From: a virus
Lineage: Duplodnaviria; Heunggongvirae; Uroviricota; Caudoviricetes
Strand: one strand, 5' to 3'
Length of the DNA stretch: 16,257 nt
Virus record (IMG/VR): IMGVR_UViG_3300012347_000338
Location: 64,001 to 80,257 of that record
Under the pieces are notes generated by a model. That model saw only the letters and a program-made list of their open reading frames with translations. It ran no database searches and was not told the origin of the DNA. Each line of letters starts with the position of its first letter. Position 1 is the stretch's first letter. The translations under genes and the position numbers were made by a program. Shown piece by piece: positions 1 to 7,754 of this stretch.

Positions 1-729
1 TCCACCGCTATACATCGTCGGCGTCCATGTGCCAGTCTCATAGTCATCAAGCAATTCACTTGATGCGCCAGCCGCGTTACTATTCGCAGAGAAGTCGATG
101 CCTTTGCCAGAAGGCAGCACCAAGTTTCCGTTTAGAAGCTGTAAATTTCCGTTTGCTGCAAGCGTCGCTTGATGTGTTGGAGAGGCGTTGCTTGTGCCAC
201 ACCAGAAGCGAATTGGCTGGCCACCTTGGTTGGCCATAATGTCCAGGCCGCCAACATCATTAGTGCTAATGCCGTAACCGTAGGTGGTGCCATCAGCGGA
301 CAACGCGTAAAGCGCAGCTTTGTTGGTAACTACACCAATGGCGGAACTGCTGCCTGTGTTGAAGTTGAAACCACGCGTAGATGACACGACACCAGCTGCA
401 TCCCAAGTCGGACCACCTGTAGACAGCTTGGCAGGCGTGACAGTGCCGTCAAGCGGCGCGAATGAGCCGAGAGGCGCGTCGCGGTAGCCGACGTACACGT
501 TGGCCACGCCAGCGCTGACGGTCTCAGCCGTGGTGAGCGTAGCGCCGTTGACGCTGTAAGAGCCGTCCCACGGGTTCTGCTGCACGTTGTTGATGACGAG
601 CTCGATGTCCGTGGTCTTGCCGACCGAGCGTGACAGGGTGAACGTGTTCGTGCCACCGTTGAACGACTGGCCGTTGACGCCAGCGAATGCGACGGGCAGC
701 GGTGCTGCCGATGAGCCGATGTAACTCAT
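1..729 (-). CDS. Tail fibre / virion structural protein, partial (continues past the left edge)
   Basis: Not in the ORF track. Hand translation from ATG at 729 is open to base 1 (243 codons): MSYIGSSAAPLPVAFAGVNGQSFNGGTNTFTLSRSVG...INNVQQNPWDGSYSVNG...KLSTGGPTWDAAG...GKGIDFSANSNAAGASSELLDDYETGTWTPT. The LDDYExGTWTP and KLSTGGPxWD motifs are typical of phage fibre proteins. Confidence 0.8.
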   Translation of the reverse strand, partial: MSYIGSSAAPLPVAFAGVNGQSFNGGTNTFTLSRSVGKTTDIELVINNVQQNPWDGSYSVNGATLTTAETVSAGVANVYVGYRDAPLGSFAPLDGTVTPAKLSTGGPTWDAAGVVSSTRGFNFNTGSSSAIGVVTNKAALYALSADGTTYGYGISTNDVGGLDIMANQGGQPIRFWCGTSNASPTHQATLAANGNLQLLNGNLVLPSGKGIDFSANSNAAGASSELLDDYETGTWTPTMYSGG

Positions 730-732
730 GTG

Positions 733-1059
733 TTAGACCAAGTAGCTGAGGGCTGCGTCAATCGACGAGGCGACGCTGCAGTAGGCGGTGATTGAGTCAC
801 CGGCCTCGAGGACGACCTTCTGGTCACCACCCACAGCGACCAACGCGCCACCCAAGGGGACAATGGCATCCTTGATCAGGAACGCGCTCGAGCCTCCTGA
901 CTTGAGCAGCTTGATGCTGGCCGTGACAGGTGCGGAGCCGACGTTTGCCAGCGAGAGGCCAACGACTGTGTGAGTCGTGGTTGATGCGACCGTGTCGCTG
1001 ACGGTCGACGGTGCGCCAACCAGGCCGATGCTGGCCGTTGCTTTACTTTTGAATGCCAT
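733..1059 (-). CDS. Putative small virion/tail structural protein (108 aa)
   Basis: SD-like AGGAAAG upstream. Beta-rich sequence with an LIKDAIVPLGGAL...GGDQKVVLEAGDSI pattern recalled from phage tail modules. Lies in-operon between fibre genes. Confidence 0.65.
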   Translation of the reverse strand: MAFKSKATASIGLVGAPSTVSDTVASTTTHTVVGLSLANVGSAPVTASIKLLKSGGSSAFLIKDAIVPLGGALVAVGGDQKVVLEAGDSITAYCSVASSIDAALSYLV

Positions 1060-1072
1060 TGTTCTTTCCTAA

Positions 1073-1285
1073 TCAGCCTAGAGCGATTGCCATGCTCGTG
1101 GCGTATGCCTGCGCCTCGGCGACGCTGTAGACGCCAAGGTTTGTGCGCGCGGTGGGCGCATCAGCCAGGTCGCTCAGGTTGGCCGACTTCTCCATCTTGT
1201 CTGTGTTCAAGGCGGTGAAGTTGGCGTCAACCTCGTTATTGGTGAGCGGCGAGCCCTTTGTGCTGCGAAGCGTGATAGTGCTCAT
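1073..1285 (-). CDS. Short tail-fibre-like protein (70 aa)
   Basis: N-terminal LRSTKGSPLTNNEVDANF, internal NLSDLADAPTARTNLG and C-terminal SMAIALG are motifs recalled from fibre N-terminal/anchor regions. SD AGGTG upstream. Confidence 0.65.
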   Translation of the reverse strand: MSTITLRSTKGSPLTNNEVDANFTALNTDKMEKSANLSDLADAPTARTNLGVYSVAEAQAYATSMAIALG

Positions 1286-1299
1286 GCGTCACCTACGAA

Positions 1300-1755
1300 T
1301 TAGGATGCAGTCAGCGAGACAACCCAGGTGATGACCATCGTGTCACCAGACTGTTTGTTCACGACTGGGAACACCGTGCGGCAGAGCATGTCTGAGCCGC
1401 TCGAGGCGTTGAAGATGCCAGCCTCGGTCACAGCGCCAGTAGCGACGCCTGCGCCGAACGTGGACACGTAGGTCATGTTGGCTGCGTTGATGGTCGCGCT
1501 ATCGAGTGCGACGCGGCTGCCAAGCAAGGAGACCAGGTCGGTCTGGTTGGTAGCTGCAGCAGTAGTGCCAGCACCCAGAGCCATGTGACTCATGACGCCC
1601 TTGGACGTGCCACCCATGCGGGAGATGATGAAGGCAATACCGGACGACACGACCAGGTTGGTGTGGTCGATGTCTTCTTTGATGTTGCCTTGTGCGTCGT
1701 ACAACTTGATGTTGAGGTCGCCGCGGACTTTCAGGTTTTCGATAATGTTGCTCAT
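1300..1755 (-). CDS. Putative tail/baseplate-associated structural protein (151 aa)
   Basis: NLVV...SHMALGAGTTA...VTEAGIFNASSG.MLCRTVFPVVNK...ITW pattern of phage tail-associated beta proteins. SD GAGGA upstream. Confidence 0.7.
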   Translation of the reverse strand: MSNIIENLKVRGDLNIKLYDAQGNIKEDIDHTNLVVSSGIAFIISRMGGTSKGVMSHMALGAGTTAAATNQTDLVSLLGSRVALDSATINAANMTYVSTFGAGVATGAVTEAGIFNASSGSDMLCRTVFPVVNKQSGDTMVITWVVSLTAS

Positions 1756-1766
1756 GGGTTTCCTCT

Positions 1767-3116
1767 TCAGAAAGTTGTGTAAACGCCAACGTAGTCGTCG
1801 GCGAAGTACGTGATGTCGCAGTAGCTCTGCATGCGAATTGATCCCGAGTCAGCCAGAGCGGCCGAATCGGTGGTTGTCTTGCTCGCGCTCTTGGTCGGCG
1901 CGTCTGTGATGCCAGCTGCGTCAGAGACGGAGCGGCTCAGTAGGAATGACTCTTGGTCCGTGACAGCGCCTGCGTCAGCGAGCGCCTTGGCGTACCAGTG
2001 CGCGGCCGCATCGGTCAAAGCGCCTGCATCACTCAGTGACTTGCCGGCGGACTTCACAGTCACATCGGTCAGGTTTGAGTTGTCTGCAAAGGCTTTCGCG
2101 ACCGACTTGGCTGGCGCATCGGCCACCGTCGCGGCATCGGCCAGCGGCTTGGCGGTGCTGATTGCTGCCGCATCGCTGAGCTCAGGGATGTCAGCTAGAG
2201 CCTTGCCGATGTAGGCTGTCTTAGCGTCTATCAGCGCCGCAGAGTCGTTGAACTCTCGGACATAGAACACGACGCTGGCGAATGTGTCGCCGACCACGAA
2301 GGCATCGCTGACACCCTTGTAGAAGGCCATGACCTCGTCGTCATCCAGCGAAGCCTCGCCGAAGAAGTCGTCCGTGGCCTGCACGTTGTCCGTGATCTGG
2401 CGGCTGATATGGCGGCTCAGAGCGTCGGTCAGCGCTGGTGCTTCTGTCAGGCCCTTGTTGGTCAGTCGCGTTGAAGCGTCTGTGATGGCTCCTGCATCGG
2501 CCACACCCTTGATAAACCGAATGAGCGGCTTACTGTCGTTGGTGTAATCCTCGAGGAAGTAGTCAATTGCGTAATCGTCAACGCCCGGACCATCTGCAAC
2601 GCCGAATGCGTCTGAGCGGCTGGTGATCAACACCTTGGCGATTGGATCGCTTACCGTGAACGGCTCTTCGATCACCTTGCCCATCACGACGACATGGCTG
2701 TCAGTGAGGCCCAGCGTATCGGACAGGCCCTTGATGACCTTGGCCAGCTGCGCATCAGTGACTGCGAAGCTGTCTGCCGTGGCCTTGCCGTATCGCATGG
2801 CCATCTCGTCGCCAATATCAATCAGGTCGTCGAAGGCTCTGGCCAAGCTGAATGCAGCCTGGTCGGACGCAACGAAGTGGTCGCTGGCGTTGATGATCTT
2901 GAGGAACTGGCCTGTCAGTGCGACAGCCTTGATCAGTTGCGCCTGCACGCCGAGCTCGATGGCGGGCGCGTTGATCGCAGCAGTGAGAGCGGAGATCGCC
3001 GTCGTGGCCAGGATGCGGATCTGTGCGACCGTGCCGCCTGCGCGGGTAACTTCCGTGGTGACCCGGATCTGGGTTGCCAGAGCCGAGACTCGAATCAGTC
3101 CGGCTTGGATGTCCAT
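1767..3116 (-). CDS. Repeat-rich virion protein (449 aa), probable fibre shaft
   Basis: About 18 units of an 18-aa repeat K/R-x-x-x-D-x5-D-x7 (e.g. KPLADAATVADAPAKSVA, KAFADNSNLTDVTVKSAG). Start overlaps the upstream stop (TGATG). Confidence 0.7.
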   Translation of the reverse strand: MDIQAGLIRVSALATQIRVTTEVTRAGGTVAQIRILATTAISALTAAINAPAIELGVQAQLIKAVALTGQFLKIINASDHFVASDQAAFSLARAFDDLIDIGDEMAMRYGKATADSFAVTDAQLAKVIKGLSDTLGLTDSHVVVMGKVIEEPFTVSDPIAKVLITSRSDAFGVADGPGVDDYAIDYFLEDYTNDSKPLIRFIKGVADAGAITDASTRLTNKGLTEAPALTDALSRHISRQITDNVQATDDFFGEASLDDDEVMAFYKGVSDAFVVGDTFASVVFYVREFNDSAALIDAKTAYIGKALADIPELSDAAAISTAKPLADAATVADAPAKSVAKAFADNSNLTDVTVKSAGKSLSDAGALTDAAAHWYAKALADAGAVTDQESFLLSRSVSDAAGITDAPTKSASKTTTDSAALADSGSIRMQSYCDITYFADDYVGVYTTF

Positions 3117-3442
3117 CAGAACTGACTGCGGAGCTTGAACTTCAGGAGTTCGTAGACTGTCTGAACCGTGGTGTCCTCAAAGGTCACCTCGATCTCGCCT
3201 TCATAGTTGCCCTCGTTCACGTCCAACGCGCCTACTGGCCAGTTGAATACGCCCGTGCCGGCAGCGCCATCTAGGATAGTGCCGGTCAGGGTTGTGAGGA
3301 CGACTGATTCACCGGCAGCGCGAAAGCGCATCTTCAAGACACCACGCGTGATGTCGATTGGCATGCCTGTGGTGTCGTCGGTCAGTGTGACCTTGATCTG
3401 CGGGCGGGTGTCGCCCTGGACTAGCTTGATCGTTTCGGACAT
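3116..3442 (-). CDS. BppU/baseplate-upper-protein N-terminal-like Ig-fold protein (108 aa)
   Basis: IKLVQGDTRPQIKVTLTD...G.Y.GEIEVTF.D..VQTV pattern typical of this domain family (recalled, not searched). Confidence 0.65.
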   Translation of the reverse strand: MSETIKLVQGDTRPQIKVTLTDDTTGMPIDITRGVLKMRFRAAGESVVLTTLTGTILDGAAGTGVFNWPVGALDVNEGNYEGEIEVTFEDTTVQTVYELLKFKLRSQF

Positions 3443-3451
3443 GGGTTACTT

Positions 3452-4102
3452 TCAGATGATGCGCACAGGCTTGACGCGCACGTTGCCGAGCACCTTGTCG
3501 TGAGCCATGAAGATCTTTGCCTCGAGCACGCCGTTGTCGTAGATCTGGCGGTTGTATGCGCCAGCGTTTGGATTGGTCCAGGCTTTGCCAGGCATGAGCA
3601 TCAAGCGCGCTTTAGCGCCAGCTGTGATCTCATCGAGCCAGCGGTCCATCAGGAACGAAGGCAGCACGGAGCCGAACTGGTCGGGTGCGTAGGACGCGCG
3701 CAAAGTCATCTTGACCTTGTTGGCGTTCTCGGGAATTGGGAAAATGCGGAAGCTCGTCCAGTCCTGTGCGGCGTTGAAGTAGACAGGCTCTGAGCCGGTC
3801 GACGTCTGCCAGTTCGGAATGAACTGCTGAATCTGGTTCATCGTGGCTGGGATGAGCTCACGATTGGGCATCCAGATGTTCTTGATGGTGGCGACTTGAG
3901 CGTTCTTTGGAACCTCGACGTCGTACTGGTAGATCTTGTCGATGACCACCATCGGGTCTTGGATCTCGTCCCACACGCCGGTCTGGATGCAGAAGTCATT
4001 GGCGGCCAGCATGATCTGGCGTGCAACGAGCACATCAGGTGCGCCAGGCACCTCGGGCACCACGAACGGCAGGATCTTGGAGACGTTGATTGTGGTGGCC
4101 AT
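3452..4102 (-). CDS. Head-tail adaptor/tail tubular-type protein (216 aa)
   Basis: VPEVPGAPD...ANDFC..TGVW...GAKARLM.MPGKAWTNP pattern of podophage adaptor proteins. Position follows the MCP. Confidence 0.7.
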   Translation of the reverse strand: MATTINVSKILPFVVPEVPGAPDVLVARQIMLAANDFCIQTGVWDEIQDPMVVIDKIYQYDVEVPKNAQVATIKNIWMPNRELIPATMNQIQQFIPNWQTSTGSEPVYFNAAQDWTSFRIFPIPENANKVKMTLRASYAPDQFGSVLPSFLMDRWLDEITAGAKARLMLMPGKAWTNPNAGAYNRQIYDNGVLEAKIFMAHDKVLGNVRVKPVRII

Positions 4103-4890
4103 CAGGCGTTACCTCGAGGTGTCGATGACAGCGGGTTGGCCGGCAGCGAATGCAGGTTTGGATTGACGCCGGTCAGCGCGGCTGCCTGAGCGTTGATGCT
4201 CGAGACAAACATTTGGCCGTAGGTGACGGACAGAGCCTGGTTGCTGGCGTTCTCGCCGTCTTTGCCGTAGGCACGGGCCAGGATGAAATTGACCAGGTCG
4301 TCGGTGTACTTGTTGTCCACCGAGATCACGGTCGTGTCATCGCCGTCGTAGGTGTAGTTAATGGCCGAGCCGTCAGGGACGTCGACCGGGTCAGCCAAGT
4401 AGGAGAGCTCAACCCACACATTGGTGGCGGATGGCACGCCTGGCGTGACGTAGAAAATCTTGGGGGTGCGTGGGTCGTACACGAAGCCGGACACCTCTGT
4501 GCCGGTCTCTTTGTGCCAGCCAGGGCTGTACAGATCGAGAATGTCGTGGTCGACGATGCGAATGGCATTGCCGACGGTTTCGCCGTCGGTGCCAAGGTTG
4601 CGAACGACAGACAGCAGCCCATTGCCGCTGACGTCGACCGCATCAGACCCATCGCCTGGGATCACCGAGGCGGCAGGAATGAGAGCCAGTGACTGCTTTG
4701 TACCAGGCACCAGCTTGACGGCATCCACCCGCGAGCACGACTGAGGCACGTACTTGGCGATGGCGCGCTGGCCGTCGTTGAGGTACGTGACGAGGCTTGC
4801 CTGAGTCCAACGTTTGAACTGCGGGCGTAGGTCTTGCAGCGCGTCAGAGACACGGAACAAGACATCGCGAACGAGGGTGTTTGCCGACAT
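4102..4890 (-). CDS. Head-tail adaptor protein (DUF6682-like, 262 aa)
   Basis: RVSDALQD...RWT...L..YLNDGQ.AI...P and LVNFILARAYGKD motifs. Coupled to the next gene by a TGATG overlap. Confidence 0.7.
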   Translation of the reverse strand: MSANTLVRDVLFRVSDALQDLRPQFKRWTQASLVTYLNDGQRAIAKYVPQSCSRVDAVKLVPGTKQSLALIPAASVIPGDGSDAVDVSGNGLLSVVRNLGTDGETVGNAIRIVDHDILDLYSPGWHKETGTEVSGFVYDPRTPKIFYVTPGVPSATNVWVELSYLADPVDVPDGSAINYTYDGDDTTVISVDNKYTDDLVNFILARAYGKDGENASNQALSVTYGQMFVSSINAQAAALTGVNPNLHSLPANPLSSTPRGNA

Positions 4891-4899
4891 GTAGTTTGC

Positions 4900-5250
4900 T
4901 TAGTGGGCGCTGAAAGCGAAGCGGTGAGTCGTGCGCTCGATGAACTCGCCAGGCTGCTTGCCGGGTGCGTAGGTCGTGACCTTTGCGTTCTCGAGGACGT
5001 GGAGCACTTCGACAGGCACTTCAACGGGTGTGCCGCGTGGGATCTGATAGCCGAAGCCATTGATCGACAGGAACACAGCGTCGTGGCCGCCTTCGGCGTC
5101 AGAGGTGTGGATGGTGATTGAGCGAGTCTTACCAGACAGGGCCACGTCGTGGTTTGCGCCTTTGACCGCAGCTGCTTTTGGTGCAGTCTTTGCAGGGGTA
5201 GCAACCGTCGGTTGGTCGTCGATGCTGGTAATGGTTGTGTCTTTAGACAT
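4900..5250 (-). CDS. Conserved morphogenesis protein following the major capsid gene (116 aa)
   Basis: True start is likely ATG 5250 (SD GAGGA), not the ORF-track start at 5370, which would run through the terminator. Motif VFLSINGFGYQIPRGTPVEVP..V..VLENA. Confidence 0.7.
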   Translation of the reverse strand: MSKDTTITSIDDQPTVATPAKTAPKAAAVKGANHDVALSGKTRSITIHTSDAEGGHDAVFLSINGFGYQIPRGTPVEVPVEVLHVLENAKVTTYAPGKQPGEFIERTTHRFAFSAH

Positions 5251-5335
5251 GGTTGGGTTCCTCACAGATTGAAAGATTTGCCGCGGATAACCCGCCGCGG
5301 CGCCGGACTGGTCGCAATTGAAAGCTGCGCACCGA

Positions 5336-5364
5336 GAAACAAGAAAGCCCCCGAAGGGGCTTTC
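5336..5364 (-). terminator. Intrinsic terminator after the major capsid gene
   Basis: Minus strand GAAAGCCCC-TTCG-GGGGCTTTC (9-bp stem, C-UUCG-G loop, 5343-5364) followed by TTGTTTCT. A second hairpin CGCCGG-N6-CCGGCG lies at 5372-5389. Confidence 0.8.
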
Positions 5365-5394
5365 GATCAAACGCCGGGGTTAGCCGGCGAATGA

Positions 5395-6378
5395 TTAGGC
5401 TGTTGCGCCGACTTCAGCGCGAACCAACCATGCATCATTCAAGATGGTGCAGGTCTGCATAGCTTTCCAGCCCACGTGACCGCGTTGGGCCAGAGGGTCA
5501 GAGTCGCTTGGCTTGGGGTTCACGACCATTGGGGTCACAGCGAACATGCCCTTGAGCGCCACAATGCCGTATGCGTCGCGAGCGACGTACAGGATTGGGT
5601 ACACGTCGGCCTTGGTGCCGGTAGTGGAGAGCATAGTGCCCTTGTCGCCACCAGCGTCAGCGAACGGAGCGAAGATGGTCGAAGACACGTAACGCACGTC
5701 TTCGCACTTGCCCAATTCGTTTTCCCAAGGAGTCATCGTGCCGTACTTTTCAGCAGGAACGAAGCCGGTCAAACCGCGCACGTCAGCTTCCAAGTCAGGG
5801 TGGATCAGAGCAACGAAGCCAGGGGCCACGTTCTCAGTGCCGTACGAGGGAGTCGAACGCACGATGGTAGTGATGAAGCGAGCGTTCTGGCGCTTGAGGG
5901 CGCGAACAGCGCGGCGCTGCAAGCTGATAGTCACTGCAGTGTTGACGTCGGTACGGGCGGAGCCGTTACCGTACAACACGTTAGTGCCAGCCTTCAACAC
6001 GCCAAAGCGCATTTTCTCGATCATCTGAGCGGCTTGTTCACCCAAGAGGGCAACAGACTCGTTCAGAGTTGGGTCTTCGTGAGTGTCCAAGATCACGTCG
6101 GTGATAGTCACTTTGTCGCCGTACTGGCTCAAAGTGGCGGTCACGTCAGTCACTGCCAAAGTTTGGCCGCTTGGAGTCACGCCTTCGGTCAAAGCCGTAG
6201 GAGTGTTAGGCAGCGCGTTGTAGCGACGGAACTTGATGACCTTGGTGCTGTGCTCAGGCAAGGCTTTAGCTTGACCAAACTTTTCCAACACGAGGTAAGG
6301 GAGGCCGCGCTTCAACAGTTCTTTTTCTGCGTAGGCTGCGGTACGGGGCGAAATATCGCCGTAAGAGGTAGATGCCAT
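5395..6378 (-). CDS. Major capsid protein, N4-gp56 family (327 aa)
   Basis: YGDISPRTAAYA...L..FGQ.K.LP......IKFRRY..L.....LTEGVTP...QYG...TD...D...DP...DPLAQRG.VGWK pattern. Strong SD AAAGGA. Lies after the scaffold and before a terminator. Confidence 0.92.
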   Translation of the reverse strand: MASTSYGDISPRTAAYAEKELLKRGLPYLVLEKFGQAKALPEHSTKVIKFRRYNALPNTPTALTEGVTPSGQTLAVTDVTATLSQYGDKVTITDVILDTHEDPTLNESVALLGEQAAQMIEKMRFGVLKAGTNVLYGNGSARTDVNTAVTISLQRRAVRALKRQNARFITTIVRSTPSYGTENVAPGFVALIHPDLEADVRGLTGFVPAEKYGTMTPWENELGKCEDVRYVSSTIFAPFADAGGDKGTMLSTTGTKADVYPILYVARDAYGIVALKGMFAVTPMVVNPKPSDSDPLAQRGHVGWKAMQTCTILNDAWLVRAEVGATA

Positions 6379-6662
6379 GGTGAATTTCCTTTGTTAATGG
6401 CTAAAAGTGCTTTTTTTGCTGTTGTGAACAGCCATCTTGAAAGGAGCTATGGATTTCCCGATTGCCGTGTGCAGACTAGCGAAGCGTTGCGGGGCAGCTG
6501 TGAAGCCGTGGCCCATGATTCGTTCGTCATGCGCGACTGGGTAGTCGTGCTCCGAAATGCAAAGTGATTGGTAACCGGCGCACTTTGCAACGCCGGCTGT
6601 GAGGCAGAGGGTTCTGCTCAGCAGATCTGGTGGCATTCGCTATTCGCGAACACCGAATGGTT
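6379..6662 (-). ncRNA. Putative structured cis-regulatory RNA / leader of the capsid gene, containing a pseudoknot
   Basis: 284-nt gap in an otherwise gap-free operon. Contains at least six helices, including AGCCGGCG/CGCCGGTT with a loop-complementary 9-mer downstream. No known family recognised. Confidence 0.45.
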
Positions 6663-7754
6663 TTAAGCCTCGTTCCAGGCAGCTTCGTAGTCTTGGCTGG
6701 CTGCAGGCGTCTCTGGCAGCTTCATGCCGCTCGAGCGCACGCCTTCTGCGGCGTCCATGGCGTCTTCCGTGGCTTCGTCCACGATGCTCTCGCCTTGGGC
6801 TTCAGTCAGTTCGGCAGGTTGCTCCATGCCTTCGTTGGCGCCAGCAGCACCGGCTTGCTTGAACTGAGTCAGCAAGGCGTTGATCTGCTTGGCTGAGCCG
6901 TTGCCGATGGTCTGGATGGCGGCTTGCTTCTGGTCTTCAGGCATGCCTTCGACGAAAGTCTTGAACTCTTCTGACTGACCGATCTCTTGGAAGTCAGGGT
7001 GGACTTCAGCGATCTTCTCGAAGTGAGACTTGGTCTTGGTGTCGGTGATGTCGTTGATGATCTCTTCGACAGTCTTGCCCAACTCAGCAGCAGCTTGGCC
7101 GCCAGCTTCTTTGGCCTTGGCCACAGCGATGGCTTCGATCATCTTGACGAAGTCGTCACCGAAGTCTTCAGCCAATTGCTTCATGGCTTGCTCTGGGCTC
7201 ATGGCACCAGACTCGACTTGCTCGGCGATCTGCTCAATCTGCTCTTCGTCAGCAGGAGTTTCGGCAGCGTCAGCGGCTTGCTCAATGGCCTCGCCAACGG
7301 CTTCTTTCTCTTCTTCTGGGGTATCGACGCCAGCTGCTTTGAGCTTGGCTTCCATGGCCTTCAGGCGGCCTTCCCATGACTTGAGGCGCTGAGTCTCTTT
7401 GTCGATGTCCATTGCTGGCTGCTCGTCGTCTTCTTGCTCTGCAGGAGCGGGAGGGTTCTCTTGTGCATCGCCAGACGCTTCAGCGGTCTCGCGTGCTTGC
7501 ATGTCTTGGGCTTGCTCTTCGAGCTCACCGCCGTCGAGCACGATGGCTACGTCAACGCCGTCGCCTTGGCCTGGTGCGCCGTCTTCGGCTGCAGCAGAAG
7601 CGGCAGCTGTTTCGTCGGCAGCGGGTTCGACTGCTTCTTGCTTGATGCCAAAGGCCTCGTCTTCCGACATCTCTTTGGCTGGTTGTGCTTCCTCATTGAA
7701 CGCGGCGCTGTATGCGTCTTGGTCGTCCTTGAGATTCTCGTTGGTGGTTGCCAT
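6663..7754 (-). CDS. Capsid scaffolding protein (363 aa)
   Basis: Highly acidic, helical/disordered protein between portal and MCP. True start is likely ATG 7754 with SD AAAGGA; the ORF-track start at 7928 overlaps another gene. C-terminus DYEAAWNEA. Confidence 0.8.
   Translation of the reverse strand: MATTNENLKDDQDAYSAAFNEEAQPAKEMSEDEAFGIKQEAVEPAADETAAASAAAEDGAPGQGDGVDVAIVLDGGELEEQAQDMQARETAEASGDAQENPPAPAEQEDDEQPAMDIDKETQRLKSWEGRLKAMEAKLKAAGVDTPEEEKEAVGEAIEQAADAAETPADEEQIEQIAEQVESGAMSPEQAMKQLAEDFGDDFVKMIEAIAVAKAKEAGGQAAAELGKTVEEIINDITDTKTKSHFEKIAEVHPDFQEIGQSEEFKTFVEGMPEDQKQAAIQTIGNGSAKQINALLTQFKQAGAAGANEGMEQPAELTEAQGESIVDEATEDAMDAAEGVRSSGMKLPETPAASQDYEAAWNEA

Noticed and set aside
1-729. 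Diversity-generating retroelement target in the fibre gene
   Set aside because: No template-repeat/variable-repeat pair or reverse transcriptase is visible in the window.
5268-5324. Two ATTGAAAG octamers 49 nt apart (5268-5275 and 5317-5324; TTGAAAG also near 6437) resembling CRISPR repeat 3' ends; considered as a mini-array or solitary repeat (RNA anti-CRISPR)
   Set aside because: Identity is limited to 7-8 nt, the flanks do not align, the period is too short for repeat plus spacer, and the segments fit hairpins on the opposite strand. A comparison with host CRISPR repeats would be needed to revive the idea.
6410-6432. Hairpin GCTGTT/AACAGC next to an A7/T7 run as a terminator
   Set aside because: The hairpin is followed by A's on the minus strand and preceded by T's on the plus strand, so neither orientation gives hairpin followed by U-tract.
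5476-6567. 363-aa plus-strand ORF, plus the other long plus-strand ORFs across 27-14835 (e.g. 2623-3138, 4150-4692, 9831-10397, 11580-12092)
   Set aside because: They lie antisense to well-supported minus-strand genes, lack SD sites and recognisable motifs, and are the expected shadow of GC3-biased codon usage.
6558-6625. Known riboswitch (preQ1-I, SAM-II, c-di-GMP) or small self-cleaving ribozyme
   Set aside because: Only superficial matches of a few bases; I could not place the conserved core nucleotides. It needs a cmscan run to exclude formally.
6394-6636. 80-aa minus-strand ORF in the scaffold-capsid gap
   Set aside because: No clear SD, codon usage unlike the neighbouring genes and no motif. 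The dense helices argue for an RNA-level function, though translation cannot be excluded.
6600-6670. Programmed frameshift or stop read-through from the scaffold into the downstream region, stimulated by the pseudoknot
   Set aside because: No X-XXY-YYZ slippery heptamer at the scaffold end, the pseudoknot is about 65 nt away, and the in-frame read-through stops after about 12 codons.
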